DNA of 64,000 bases from an uncultured Verrucomicrobiae bacterium (GTDB taxonomy: Bacteria > Verrucomicrobiota > Verrucomicrobiia > Chthoniobacterales > Chthoniobacteraceae). The notes under the pieces were generated by a model. It was not told where the DNA came from, did not search any database, and saw only the letters and a list, made by a program, of their open reading frames with translations. Below are positions 63,588 to 64,000 of the stretch, one piece after another. The DNA is taken from positions 128,001 to 192,000 of the forward strand of contig CAVYKI010000010.1 of assembly GCA_963769025.1 (NCBI GenBank), read 5' to 3'. A program made the translations under genes and the position numbers. How positions within the stretch are numbered: position 1 is the first letter of the stretch; each line of letters starts with the position of its first letter.

Positions 63588-64000
63588 ATTTCCGCGCACT
63601 TCAGCGCGTGTGCGCGCGCCCATGATTCGCGGAGTTCACGCTCGGAGCGCACCGCCAGCGGCTCCAAACGGGGATGATCCGCGAGGAATGCCGCGACCCG
63701 CTGGCGGTGGATCCCGAGGAGTTCCCCGACCGGCGTTCCGGCCGGGAGCCGCATGCGCCGGATGCCCCGCACGTCGCTGCTGGAGTCGAGCCCGAGGTTG
63801 TCCAAGGTCGCGATAAATGTGCCATCGGACAATCCGGTCGCGAATTCCGCGACGCGCATGTCGCCTTTTACCAGCCTGAGCAATGCCAGCACGCGCAGCC
63901 ATCCCCGCGGCTTCACCTGCCACACGCTCGCCGTCACCTTGCCGTGATCCCCGGTGAAATTCCGGCTGGCCGTGCGGAGGTTCGGGAAAACGGCGGAGAG
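63491..64000 (-). CDS. Hypothetical protein, 5' end outside the window
   Basis: Frame open to the window edge; VAEFATGLSDGTFIAT.N; exact 3' end uncertain because it overlaps the convergent gene. Confidence 0.55.
   Translation of the reverse strand, partial: LSAVFPNLRTASRNFTGDHGKVTASVWQVKPRGWLRVLALLRLVKGDMRVAEFATGLSDGTFIATLDNLGLDSSSDVRGIRRMRLPAGTPVGELLGIHRQRVAAFLADHPRLEPLAVRSERELRESWARAHALKCAEIQRSHASSAGEIADAISAATNAAKMPATTSSV

Overview
High-GC bacterial chromosomal segment. The gene content points to a PVC-superphylum organism, most likely Verrucomicrobiota (inference): three DUF1549/DUF1553 'planctomycete cytochrome c' genes, three DUF1501 genes, a Ser/Thr kinase, a GldAFG-like plus DUF4340 operon, and an L,D-transpeptidase. 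Housekeeping genes are msrA, ilvN-ilvC, ubiE/menG, tRNA-Leu(CAG), dnaN, coaX, rpsB-tsf and rfbA. There is also an msbA/GT4/GT9/GT-C envelope cluster. About a dozen genes are split by 1-2 bp indels, often in homopolymers; these look like long-read assembly errors rather than true pseudogenes. No transposase, integrase, prophage or CRISPR array was seen. Most notable: (1) a compact cassette at 27.2-28.0 kb with a Trp-Asp-repeat leader, a helical protein and a palindromic 21-bp tandem array that also reads as a basic heptad peptide in frame with the probable stop codon; (2) three unrelated secreted proteins ending in an identical-length (744 bp) five-repeat FG-GAP-like module terminating GLGDWR[VL]R; (3) an acyltransferase coupled to a sphingomyelin-synthase-like phosphotransferase; (4) modular cytochrome-c/DUF1501 and DUF1800/DUF1501 pairs; (5) a structured leader upstream of the GldA-like operon. 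All family assignments come from motif recognition by eye, not from database searches.
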